Shown: positions 1 to 12,039 of the stretch, piece by piece | Layout of the letters: each line of letters starts with the position of its first letter | How positions within the stretch are numbered: the stretch's first letter is position 1 | Assembly (NCBI GenBank): GCA_964188305.1 | Contig: OZ076890.1 | Strand: one strand, 5' to 3' | Origin: Podarcis bocagei | Taxonomy: Eukaryota | Length of the DNA: 64,000 bases | Notes under the pieces: model-generated | Seen by the model: only the letters and a program-made list of their open reading frames with translations | Told to the model about the DNA's origin: nothing | The model's database searches: none | Program-made: the position numbers and the translations under genes

Positions 1-625
1 ATAAATTACCATGCCTGAAATTCTTGTGACATATGGAGACTAATAAAATGGGAGAAAATGACAAGGAATGCAGTCATCGCTGTTTATCAAATCTTCATGT
101 CAGGGTGTTCTGGCACAGCAGCAAGGAAACTCACATTTGCTATGTTATTTCTTCTTTGGTGTATGGATTTACACTACAGTCATCACAGGAATGTTTACTT
201 TAGCATAAACTATTTTAAACAAATAGTATCCATAAAAATAATAATGTGAGATTTCCTCCTTAAACAATATGTCTGTGAAATTTGGAGGGAACCAACAACA
301 AAAAAGTGTCCTTCAATAAATTCACGAGGGTCTTGAAATGTTACAGATACAGTCCCATATACTCTTTGAATACCGTAATTATGTCTAAAGTTGTCCAATC
401 AACTATGATTATGTTACATTAAATGCCAGATCTCAGAGCAAGTGTTTTCTGAAGCATAGAAGACATATGAAACTGCTTACATTTCTCCATTTGTATTCAT
501 TGCATGTGGCCTGCACAGATGTCTTCACTTTATAGAACTCCCATCAACCTCCCTGCAATTTGACGGTAAGTTTTCATTGCCATCCACTATAGCAGAGAGA
601 ATAGTATTTTGTAAAACTATAAGAC

Positions 626-1030
626 TGTTATGAGGTTGTGAGTGCCAGACCTCTCTGATCCCTGGACCCAGCAGATGTTAAAAGCTAAAGAAGCAAAGAT
701 AGCTTCCTGTGTTCAGGCAATCGCCCAAGTGATGGGACATTAAGAGAACAAAGGGATTAAAGAACTCTGTGGGAGGCTGCAAATGGGTGGGACCCCTCCG
801 GGGTGGGGCCCCTCCCTCAACAGATGAAGCCAGAATTTAGAGAGTTATGAGCCTTGTGAGCTAGAAGCTTAGAGAGCTGTAGGCTCAGGTTTTTTATATG
901 TGTAAATAAACCATATATCATAAAGACACCATTAAAAAAAAACACCATAAACTCTGGGTAAGTGCCTGGGACCCTTGGAATCTTGCCCCATTGTGAGATT
1001 GGGGTGGCATTCAATATTACCTTACTTACA
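626..1030 (+). mobile_element. Possible solo LTR (Gypsy-like), degraded
   Basis: Starts TGTTA, ends TTACA, internal AATAAA near 905; no TSD found, boundaries approximate. Confidence 0.35.
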
Positions 1031-2006
1031 CTGTGCACAAAGGAAGAAAAAAGTTGACAAAGTGTGAGTGTCCTCACCTCCCCATTGCAACTGTGAAATG
1101 AAAATCAGAAACATTGTTTCCTATCTATACAATTTTACCGTAGTCCTGGGTGGGACTGGCATACTGTTTTACTCCCAGGTGATCTCCTTTTATGATTACA
1201 TTAATATTCTCTTAGTAAGCATGAAAATAAAGATATGATTTAGATTAACCTTTCAGTCTAATTCAGTCCTAATTTTTTTTTTTTTACTTTTCTGTATCTC
1301 TAGTTAATTTTCTAGGACTGTTGAATTTATTTAAGTGTCTTACCTGGCCACTCAAACTGTTTTAGATCAATGGAATATGTTGCATGAGATTAGCTGTTGG
1401 AGTATGCAAATACATTTACATTGATTTGGTTGCAGCTGTAACTACCACTAGGTTAGTGCAGAAGGATACATGCAAGCACATTCATCCACACCTGAACTAC
1501 CATTTTATTCAATCATATCTCTGTCCATTGGCGTTCTTTATTGGAACTCTCATGTGAGTACTATTTCATTCACTTAAAATATAAGGCTGCTCGCAAGCTC
1601 AATCGTTCTTTGTGGGAAAGTCTTATTGTGCACAGTTACAGATATTTCTGGTAGGATTGATGTTAAGAAAAGTTTTGGATGGAGCTAGGAAGAAAAAATA
1701 AACCTAGATGAACAATGGAAGGGAAAAAAAGGAAACAAAAACTGAATTTTTAGAAAACTAATTCTGATTTTGATGATGAAATATTCCACTCCTCACAATA
1801 AAAAACAATAGCATTCAGATTTAAGAATCAAAAATTTGAAAGCAAAACTTGAGATGCAACCACTTACGCTAAACACCCCCCCCCCAAGGAAATGCACATG
1901 TTTCTTTTTTTGAGGGAGGGCAAATAAATTTACTGGGTGTTCAGATTATGAGTGCTGTGCCAAATGTATCTTAAAATAGCATCAGCCATAAAAAGGGACT
2001 GTTATT

Positions 2007-3666
2007 ATTGCCAAAATGTTGTTTTTATTCCAAGCTCTACCTATCATTGACAACGTAAGATGTTTTAAGGAATGGCAGAAGGCACTGTCTAAATTTATGT
2101 AGCAGGGGAAAAACTCCCAGAATTAAATATAAAATACTAACGGATACAAAAGAAAGAGAGGGATTTTCCCTGCCAGATTTGAAGATATATTTTGAAGCTG
2201 CGGCCTTCTGCTGGATTAAGGAATGGATACAATTTGAGAATGCAGATGTGTTAGACATGGAAGGTTTCGACAATGTATTTGGTTGGCACACATATTTATG
2301 GTATGATAAGATATCGGCACATAAAGGGTTTAAGAATCATGTAATTAGAAAATCTCTTTATAATGTTTGGGTAAGATATAAAGATCTCTTAGAAAGGAAA
2401 ACTCCCAGGTGGCGATCACCGATGGACGCTAAGGCTCAGAAAAAAATTGAATATGGAGACCAAATGGTTGAGATACAGTGATTTATTGTTGGAAAATAAG
2501 GATGGATTAAAACTGAGACTATTTGATCAAATTAAAGATAAACTGGATGGATGGTTACAGTACCATCAGATTAATGAATTGTATAAACTTGATAAGAAAA
2601 ATGGTTTGCAACTGAAAAATCCAAATTGGAAACAGAATTGTTAGATACAAATGTTAAAAATCTCTCTAAAATGTATAATTTATTGTTGGAATGGCATACA
2701 AAGGATGAACAAGTTAAATCTGTCATGGCTGATTGTGCAAGAGATGTGGGCCACAATATAATGATGGAAGATTGGGAAAGGTTATGGAAGAAAGGGGTTA
2801 AGTTCATGTACTGTATTAAAAGAAAATATTATGAAGATGATGTATAGATGGTACTTAACCCCGGTCAAATTAGCAAAAATCTACCACACTAATGATAATT
2901 TATGTTGGAAATGTAAAGAGAAAGAAGGCACCTTTTATCATATGTGGTGGACGTGTCCCAAGGTGAAAGACTTCTGGGAAAAGATTTATAATGAATTTTA
3001 AAAAATGTTGAAAAATACATTTATTAAGAAACCAGAAGCCTTTCTACTTGGAATAACAGGATTGGAATTGCCCAAGAAGGATGTTAGATTTTTTTTTGTA
3101 TGCCACTGCAGCAGCTAGACTTTTATTAGCCAAAAATTGGAGATTGCAAGAAATACCAACAATAGAAGAATGGCAGATGAAGATGATGGACTTTTTGGAG
3201 CTGACTGACCTGACTGGAAGAATCCGCGACCAGAAAGAAGAGGAAATACAAGAAGACTGGAAGAAATTTAAAGAATATTTAGCTAGATATTGTAATATAA
3301 GATAATTAAGAAACTCCTAGAAGTAACAAATTAGGCTTAGGGATAGAAAAAGATTAATAATAGTAAATATTATGGATTTGAATAGGAAGTAAAGATAAGA
3401 AGTTTGTAACTGAAAGAAGATATTGGTGTTATAAATATGAAATTGGAAACTGCTAAATATGTGATATAATGAAATTCAGATTGGAGGGTGTCGATTAAGT
3501 CTTATAGCAATGTAAATGTACCAGGAAACAAGAAGAAACAATTCTTCTTTTATTTTTTCGTTTTTATTGTTATGTGTTTATGTTGTGTCAAGTGTAATGC
3601 TTTTCTTTTGTGTTAATGTCTCTGTGTTATAAGAGAAAACCAATATTTTTTTTGGAAAAAGAAAAG
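2007..3666 (+). mobile_element. 5'-truncated L1 (3' part of ORF2 plus 3' UTR)
   Basis: Frameshifted ORF2 pieces (GFSLPDLKIYFEAAAFCW; CWKCKEKEGTFYHMWWTCP zinc knuckle at about 2903-2959; EEWQMK...WKKFK), A-rich tail, 16-bp TSD aaaagggactgttatt (1991-2006) / aaaagggagtgttatt (3667-3682). Confidence 0.93.
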
Positions 3667-4301
3667 AAAAGGGAGTGTTATTGGGGTGTGACAGGGGTGC
3701 ATCAGAAACCCTTAGGTTGGATCATAAAACTTTTCAGCTTGGCCATGTGACCTGGCAACCAGTGTCATTTAAGCTGGCAGAGAGGCAATTGTAGCTCAAA
3801 CTGTATTTTAAAGGCTTTCCTTCCCATTTGTCAGGCTTTGACTGGCTTACTGCTGAGTGGAGTTTGGATTCAGTGTAACTTGTGCCAGCCTAAGTTACAC
3901 CTGAATGGTAAAGGCTGCCCTTGTGGGGGAAACCACTGCAACTATCCTTCTAGAACTGGGAAGGATTTATCCCATCAGAATGAGCTACCATGCTGGCATT
4001 TTTATCTAATTCTGGCCAAAAATAACTTGAAGAACCTCCAAATTTGCTACATTTTTTTCTAGGTAAAAACCTAGAATGTGCAGAACCCTCTTCAGAAACT
4101 TCCTCAAAATTCCTCAGGTATTTCATCTGAGTATCGCCAAATTAAATTACTCAAAATGTTGATGGTAACATACATATTCTTTATCATACCTCACCCTATG
4201 TGAGGTAAGATGCAGCCACCTTGTGACATTGGCTGAACACAGATCAAATGTAGTCTTTCTTGTCAATTAGCTAAATTGTGTCCCCCATCATGAAGGGCAC
4301 G

Positions 4302-5066
4302 TGTTGTGGTGAGATCACCTAAACTGCCTCCGTGTTGTGGGGCGGGACTGTTTGGATAGCCACAACAACCATTTGGTTACCCCTTGGTTGCTGGGGAAGA
4401 AATTTGGCCTGTTGGGTAGTCTGTTGGCTACTGAGGGGCTATTTAAACTGCTGCACATCACTGGGAGCTGTCTCTTTCTTGCGACGTGCATCGAATCACC
4501 CTCCCTCCCTATAGTTAGGGTTGTTCTTTGGACTGGCTATGCCTGTCTAGGGGTCGTCTGTTTTGGAGCAGGGGCCTGGTAGGAATTTGCCATTTGGCTG
4601 ATTGGCTGGTGCCATTTGGTTTTTGCCTACCGTGTAGCAAATCATCACAGCTTTGTAAGGCTGGTGGTTAGGCTTTGGTTCAATGTTTTGTGGAGGGGAA
4701 GTGGTTGGCTGTGGCTGCCCTGCCATTGCTGCTGCTAGGGAATTCCGTTAAAGGAATCCAGGAACTCACCTTGTTTTGTCTGTTCCGCTTTCAGGGTTTA
4801 GGGCCACGCCAGAGCCCCTGGGAACATATGGGGTGAGCTCCATGGTCCCCCAGTATGTTTTCCCTTACTGTCCTCTGGTGGTGCCCAGTGTCAGTCCTGT
4901 TCTTGCCACAGTGCAGGTTCAGGTAGTCGGGAACCAATGCCTAGGCTACCACTCACATGCTGTAATTCAATAAAGTTGTGGCCAAATTATTGCCAAAAAC
5001 CTTAAACTAAATTTCTCTATTGTGTATTTATTTTGGGAGTGGTTTTGGGGGTCTTCACATGCAACA
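4302..5066 (+). mobile_element. Non-coding structured element, copy A (imperfect ITRs, no TSD; LTR- or DIRS-like)
   Basis: TGTTG...CAACA ends within an imperfect inverted repeat of about 30 bp, TATTTAAA at 4440, AATAAA at 4969, core shared with copies at 34.7 kb and 44.3 kb. Confidence 0.7.
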
Positions 5067-6324
5067 CTGAGAGACTTGAAATTACAGCCGGGAAAGTAAC
5101 AGCTAGTGAAACATTTTAAAATCATTTGCAGTTGCAAATTTGAATTACCTTCTTTACTAATAATATGGAGTCTCCAAAGTAGGTACAGTCATATATTGCA
5201 GAGGTGTACTAATTATCATTCTGCCACTTAATATATATGTACTATGGAAGAAGGATTTGAGGATACATCAAAGGTGATAGAGCAGTTTGTAGCAGGATAA
5301 ATAGAGAGCAGCTATGCTATAAGCCTCCCATTCAAAAGGGCCGTAGAGTGTGCCCAAAGAGCTTCCTCAACAGGGCAGAGGCCTCATTATTGTGCTTGCA
5401 CATTGTGCCACAGGCATCCAGGGTCCCATACAAGGCCTACAAAATCCTGCTGTTGGCTCCACTAGACAAAATACAAAAGTCTAGAGTAAACAGCACAGCC
5501 ATCTGCTCTCCATCTTACTGCTGTCTGAGACGTTACTGTATTCTCTGAATGTACAGAGAGCGTGATTTGCATTCATGTCAGTGGGTACTTTCAGCCAGAC
5601 AACTGTTTGGTTGTTAAATTGTGTCACTGCCACTGTACATGCAGTAACTTTCACCTGTGTTACCTGTGGATATGTTCTCAGTAATTAAGTGCTCTCAAAG
5701 GGGAGTGAGAATCAGGTAGATTTACAGAGCTGGGGTGAAGGAAATCGCAGGCCTTCACAGCTTGTGACACACAAAGTCAAAAGCAGCTTTCAAGCCTGTC
5801 TTCAAAACATAAAGTGGGGGAATTCAATTCAAAGGTCAATAAATCTGGCATATTCAAGGAGAAACCCTGTGAAGTTGAAATGTTAGTTAACAGTTCAGAG
5901 ATTCAAAGGTTTCATTCCTCATTAATCTGATGAAGTGTCTTTTCACTGTTGTCGGAAGACAGACAAAGGAATCAGAAAAAAAAACCATCTAGAGGACAAG
6001 CTATAAAGAAATGGTTAATTAATTATTGAGGTCCACTGGTCCATTGCTTTATAACTGAGGCCATCATTTTATTAACTGTGGATACTAGGTGTGCATTGGC
6101 TCTGTGTGTACACTGAATAATGAAGTGAATCAAAGTGATTTGGGCTGGGCCTTCATGTTACTGCATGGGATTGCTCTGTTAAAAAGGTGTGTCAAGGTGA
6201 ATCATGGAGTGTCAACCTTTCAATTGACTATATTTCCTCATTTCCCACCATAAAGTTAAACACACCACTGCCCCCCTTCCTTTTCCATTCAGAGAAATGA
6301 AACCAAACTGGGCACCTGGGCAAC

Positions 6325-6465
6325 CATAGAATCAGAGCATTGGAAGGGACCTCGAGGGTCATACTGCAACTTCCTGCAATGAAGGAATATTTTGCCCAAC
6401 ATGGGGCTCGAAGTCACGGCCCTGAGATTAAGAGTCTCATGCTCTCCCGATGGAACTATCACAGC
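6325..6465 (-). mobile_element. SINE with tRNA-Lys(CUU)-derived head and CR1 3' tail
   Basis: Minus strand reads gagcatgagactcttaatctcagggccgtgacttcgagccccatgttgggc (tRNA-Lys-like), then gaccctcgaggtcccttccaa...gattctatg (CR1 tail). Confidence 0.8.
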
Positions 6466-7651
6466 TAGACATTGCCCAAGCTTGCAAGGGGAATAGGATT
6501 GCAAGCAGAGCAGGTTGGTGGAGGTTTTGTTTTGACAGGCAGGTTTAGTTTTTAATGTCGTTTTGGTAGGGTATATTAAGGTAAACATGTGGGTCGGCAT
6601 CTGAATTTTGGCTGTGAAAACAAGATATAACCGGCAAATTCAGAGTATTTCCTAATATTTCTTTCCCTCTCTATTAAAAAGAGAAAAAAAGGGCATTATT
6701 CTCTCTCTAGTCTTCATGGAGAGCACTTTCTGGAAGGGGGACAGTGAGAGAAAAAAGTGTGACTTTGCTTGTTTCTTTGTAATGAATGTAAAATCTCCTA
6801 GCACAATGGACCCTGTATCTAATTGTGGGCACTTAGGCTGTCTTTAACCTGGGTGCACTATGGAGACAGCATTATGTTTCTGAGGTATAGTTTAATTTTT
6901 TTTAAATTGTAGGGACTTTGCTTATCTAGGTACTCTACAGGTAATCTAAGTGATTATGCACAACTCTCTTTGACATTCAACAATAGTCATACTATTGACC
7001 TAAATTGAATAGTGAACCCACAAACAGCAACTGTTCTATCCTGTTTGACTACTTCTAAAGAGTAACTAAACCATGTGGCAGCACGGTTGGGGAGGGGGCT
7101 GGTTCCAGCTCCAGACAGTGCCTTGATAGGAGACCACTAGGAAAGCTACAACCCTATGGGATATAACTGTAATACTGTAAATGATTTACTTGCTATAGCA
7201 ACCTAACTAGCATTGGTTTAATGTACAATTCAAGAGAGCATAGGACATTTATATATTATAGGCAGATTGTTTTCTCCTAGCTTTACAATTTCCTTTTTCA
7301 CTGTATATTTTGTATTTTATTGATGCATTTCCAGTTTGGTTCATATGTGAAAATTGCCTGTTACTGAGAATAAGTTAACTGATAAGGCATCTTTTAAAAA
7401 AGCAAAACTTTTTACAATTATCTTGAGCATTCATCACTGCTACAGCACTACAGACAACAGTAATATTTGTATGCAATATTAAATATGTTGCATTATACCT
7501 TAAGTGAGTCTAGGTTTCTTCGCTATATAGTCATTAAGTATTGATGCTAACAAAAAATTCCAGAGCATTTTCATCTTTGCATACATGGCAAAGTCTTAGA
7601 AGTAGCATACAGTTTAATTTATGGATGGGAGAGACAATGGATGTCTTAGCA

Positions 7652-9581
7652 CAGGGGTCAGCAAGCTTTTTTGGGGGTGGGCCAGTTCACTGCACCACAA
7701 ACCTCCTGGTTGGCCAGAGTGCATGTGTGTGTGCGCGCGCGCATGCACGCACATGTGCATATGACAGAGGGGGCTTCTCCCCCCCTCTCTCTAGCCCTTC
7801 CCGTTCCCCTGCCTACCTAGGGTGCTGCCAAGAGGCAGAGGCTGGTGGCGGCAGCGGTGGTGGAGGAACGAGCAGGCTGCTCGTTCCTCCTCCGCTGCCG
7901 CCACTACCAGCCTCTGAGATGGAACCAGCCCATGGAAGTTCATTGACTGTGAATGGAACATCTTTTGACAGATAGTTAAAAAAGAGAAACATATTGATTC
8001 CAATGTTGCCTTTTGCATTCAAAAGAAACAAAATATTTGAAAAATGAAAGTAACTTTCTTTTGTTGGACCTGCTTTCAAAAGATGGATACAAATAGAAAT
8101 TGTCTCCTCTAGAGGGAACTTGTTAAACTGTTGCTGGAGTCGATCTGGGGATTTCACAGCTGTGGAGATTAAGGATCGTGAGACCAGACTCTGACCTTGG
8201 ATAAAATTGTGTTTAGAAGAAGTTTTGGTGCTTGCTTTTTGCAAGACAAGTGCTTTGTTGGAGCAGCTGCATGAGAAGATGGATTTGATGACTGTTGCAG
8301 TCAAAATCTTTGGACAAACAGTGAATACTCATATAGAAACCATTCAGGAACCAACCCAGGAATCTGTTTTGACAGGGCAAGTGCAAGGGCAGAAGATAAT
8401 GGAGGAGGTTGCTGTTGAACCTCAAGTAACACAAATGGAGAGACCTGAGGCCCTGCAGGAGCATAAGCTGCTGTTTTTGAAGACTGAACCTGGAGAAAGT
8501 CAGATATGGAGAGAGGGAGTATCGTTTGGTTGGGAGATGGGAAGTTGGATGGATCCCCCTAGGCAGGGACGTTTTGATTTTTGGGATTTGGTTTTGGGCC
8601 ATGGGGGGGGGGTCTGGAGTTGTGGGGGCTCTTAACTTTGGAGGGACTTTGAAACATGCTTTTAAATACTTTCTGGACTACAGTGCTGACTATGGAGAAT
8701 GGGCTGATCTGTTGAGGGGAGACGGAGATATTGTTGGGTTGGAGTCTCCCCAAGACCTACTCCTCAATGAGAAAGGAAAGAAATTAAGAAAAAGATCAAC
8801 AAAAGACAAGGTAAAGTGCAGGTATAAACAAGAAGAAGATCTGCAGAAGGGACATGGAAAAGACTTAAGAGCCTCGGACATAAGATCACCAGGTTGATGG
8901 ACTAGATGGAATGGACAGTAAGGACTGACTTAACCCAAGACCAGGAAGAAGAGACGTTGGATGAGGATTAGAAGAAAGTTTTTTTTAAAAAAATTATTTT
9001 GAGAATTAGTGTAAAATTAATGAGTATTAGGAAAAATGTTGGAATGAAACTATTTGGCTTTAGTAGAAATGATATAAGCAGTTATGTATAAATAGGTATT
9101 AAGTTTTAACTTTTAAGGTACTTTATGGTAAGATAAGGTTAAAATAAATTAAGGTAAATTGAATGACAGAATATAGTGAAAGATGGAAAGGATTTGCTGA
9201 GATAATTAATAGGTTAGATCATTAAGATAAATTATTCAACAAAAATTGAGAAAGATGGAAAGAATTTGCTGAAATAATTAATTAAACTAGAATACAAAAA
9301 GGGAGGTGTGAGGAGGTCGATGAAACAAGTAAATGAAAGATAAAGATATGGAATATTGGATGTGTGTTTTAATGTTATTGTTCTTTTTTGCTGTATTGTT
9401 GTATTGGTTCTTATGTTTTTCTTTCTTTCTTTTTTATGTATTGTAATGTACAGTATGTCTTGTTACATTTTTTTTTGTTTTCTTTTCTTCTTTTTTCTGT
9501 AATTTTTAAACTTCTAATAAATATCTTTCTTTTTTTTAAAGAGATGGAACCAGCCCATGGGCCTTAGGTTGCCGACCTCTG
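7652..9581. mobile_element. Non-autonomous hAT DNA transposon, interrupted by an L1-derived insert
   Basis: TIRs caggggtcagcaa / ttgccgacctctg; 8-bp TSD tcttagca (7644-7651) / ccttagca (9582-9589). Confidence 0.85.
7936..9540 (+). mobile_element. Non-autonomous L1 derivative (diverged ORF1, ORF2 almost wholly absent, L1-type 3' UTR)
   Basis: Perfect 20-bp TSD gagatggaaccagcccatgg (7916-7935 / 9541-9560); ORF 8526-8897 aligns by eye to the ORF1 C-terminus of the L1 at 14.4 kb; AATAAA and T/A tail. Confidence 0.85.
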
Positions 9582-10306
9582 CCTTAGCAAATAAGGGGAG
9601 CTTTCCTAGCATTCAGTGTTTTTAAACATCTCATAGAGCTAAAGACCTTTGACACAATCCCTTGGGAGGCTGCATTGTTTACTTCCGATTGAAACAAGAT
9701 ATTATACAACTCTGAAAAATCTGAATGAGACTGTGCAGATGAACTTACTAAGAGTCTCTACTGTTGATGCAAATGCTGGTCCCATTAAATATAATAGCCT
9801 AGCACAGACCTTTATTCTTTGGACATTTTCTACTGTCCTAGCATTTTGACTGATGCTAGCTTTGCAGTCATGCCCCTTACCCAGCTGATCCTGGGAATTA
9901 TAGTTCTGAAAGAAAGGTTAGGTCCGGCATCATGGCAGGACTGCTGAAGCCACCTTCTGAGGTTCACATCCCTGGAAGGGGCCTATTCCTGGAACTACTA
10001 TCCTTCCATGATGTCTCTGCCTGTTCGCCTCTAAGTAAGTAAATATTGATGACAGGTGAAGGAACAGCAGCCTATGCTCACCTTTCGTATGGTAACTGGG
10101 TGTTAGGTCCAGAGAAAGAGAACAAGTTTCTTCTTAAGTAACCCACTTGTAGCTTTTTCTCTCAGGTTTTATTTGTTTCCTTCTCCTCAGCATTGAACCT
10201 CCAGGATGGCCACTTGCAAGCCATCTTAATCTTTTCTTATACTTGCAAGCAGAAGTCTTAAGAGGCTATCAAGTTTTATACTCAGCTGCAATAGATACCA
10301 AACTCC

Positions 10307-10310
<4 letters not shown>

Positions 10311-10348
<38 letters not shown>
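10311..10348. repeat. (GT)n microsatellite
   Basis: Direct reading. Confidence 0.95.
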
Positions 10349-10352
<4 letters not shown>

Positions 10353-11189
10353 GTAGTAGAGCTGAGTACAGGATTCAGACAGATCCTAGAGGTATTTGGG
10401 GCTTGTCAGAGGTGGGCACAAGCCAAACCATGATCTTTTGCGGTACTTCTTCTGGCCAGACATACACATATACCTCTGCAGGCAAAGGAAGCATTAGGTT
10501 GTGACTGGGAGTTCTAACTTGTAATCAGAGGGCATAAATTACCAGTTGTTTCCAATTCCAGCTTGTTAGGGAAGGAGCTTTGCAAGAGCGAAATATCTCA
10601 CTTAAGATGTGACTGTGGGAGGAGGAGATGAGGGAAGAGAGAGCTCCTTTTAAATATCCAAAGGATCCATTATATCAACAACTGCAGAAACTCTGATTAT
10701 ATTCTTTTATTAATCTATTTATTTGGTATTAGTCTGGGTTTTGTTTGAACATCTAATTAATCTGATTTATGGATATAAATGGAATTAGCATGACAGCAAC
10801 TCTACAATGGCATAATCCTAGGTTTTTGCTTGGTTTAATTTGATCTATAATATTCAATTAAATAAATAAATTAAATAAATTATGAAAACAATGGTTAACA
10901 CTGCACTGTGCAACTAATCTCACAGTGTGTCAATACTTTCATAGCATCCATGTGCCTGATTGGGATGAAAGTGGTGAAGTAATGGATGGTTCGCACATCT
11001 GAATGGCAACTAGTGATGCTCATGACTTCTCAGAAGAGTTATGTTACCTTTCATTTTAATTCTTCAGCCATTTTATTTGGAATATCACCCAAATTTCTTT
11101 CACATTTCACTTTAGACAACATTTAACAATGACCTACAGAATTCTCTCTTGAGAAATTTTGCAAGCCATAGCCAGATTTTAAGTTTTCC

Positions 11190-11850
11190 ATAAGAATATA
11201 ACAGGAGACCTGCTGGATCAAACCAAGAAGCATGCAATCCAGCCTGCTGTTTCTCACCGTGGCAAGGCAGTTGCTGCCCACAGCAAAGCATGAAGTTCAC
11301 AGCCCACTCCCATGGTACCTGCCCCACAAGTAGCAGCTGCTGTTCAGAGGAAGACCACTTTAGGATCTAGGTTCCATTCAAATATTATGGTTACTATCCA
11401 TAGATTTATCAGTCATAAAGGCACCCAATTGCATGTTAAAGCCATTTAAGACAGTTGCCATAATCACATATTATGAAGACAAATTCCATAAATTAATTGT
11501 ATGAAAAAGCTACTTCTTTTTTGTCTTCTCTGAATTGACTGCAACCAACTTCACTGGATTTTTTTTTTGGGGGGGGGCGTTATTTCCAGATCATGCAGAA
11601 TTTTATAAACCTGTTAACATTACCACTCTTTTCTATTTTAAATTAAAGAGCAAAACAAACAAACAAACAAACAAAAACAGTTGTGGAAGCTGCTCCAGCT
11701 TTCTGAACCTTTTTCAACTCTATGATGTTCTTTCTGAGATGAGGCAACCAGAACCCCACAGGTATGATGAAAGTTTTGCATAATTATAGTGACACTTTTA
11801 TTATCAATCCCTTTCCTAATAATCTACAGCATGGAATTTGCTCTCTTCAC
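11190..11850 (-). mobile_element. Old CR1 LINE 3' fragment
   Basis: ataagaatataa tail motif, gctggatcaaacc...tccagc 3' stem, downstream gagatgaggcaaccagaac typical of CR1 antisense; highly decayed. Confidence 0.55.
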
Positions 11851-12039
11851 TTTCTTGACCTCTGTTTGAGGTATCTAGTCACCTTCACATTCTCCTTCCT
11901 AGCTGATCACTTCCAGTGCAGACCTCATTGCTGTGTATGTGAAAGTAAGATGTTTGCAGAACCTGTGGCAGCAGGCACCCATGACATGGCAACAGAAAGG
12001 CGAGTGGCCAGCCCACCATTACTTTTTTTGTTGGGAGAT

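Noticed and set aside
6394-6465. Functional tRNA-Lys gene
   Set aside because: Acceptor and D stems are mutated and it is fused to a CR1 tail, so it is a SINE
7541-8304. Gly/Pro-rich ORFs on both strands
   Set aside because: Produced by the GC-rich palindrome of the hAT element
10160-10660. Another possible relative of the structured family on the minus strand (TATTTAAAA, pyrimidine tract, TCACAACC)
   Set aside because: I could not identify the paired helices
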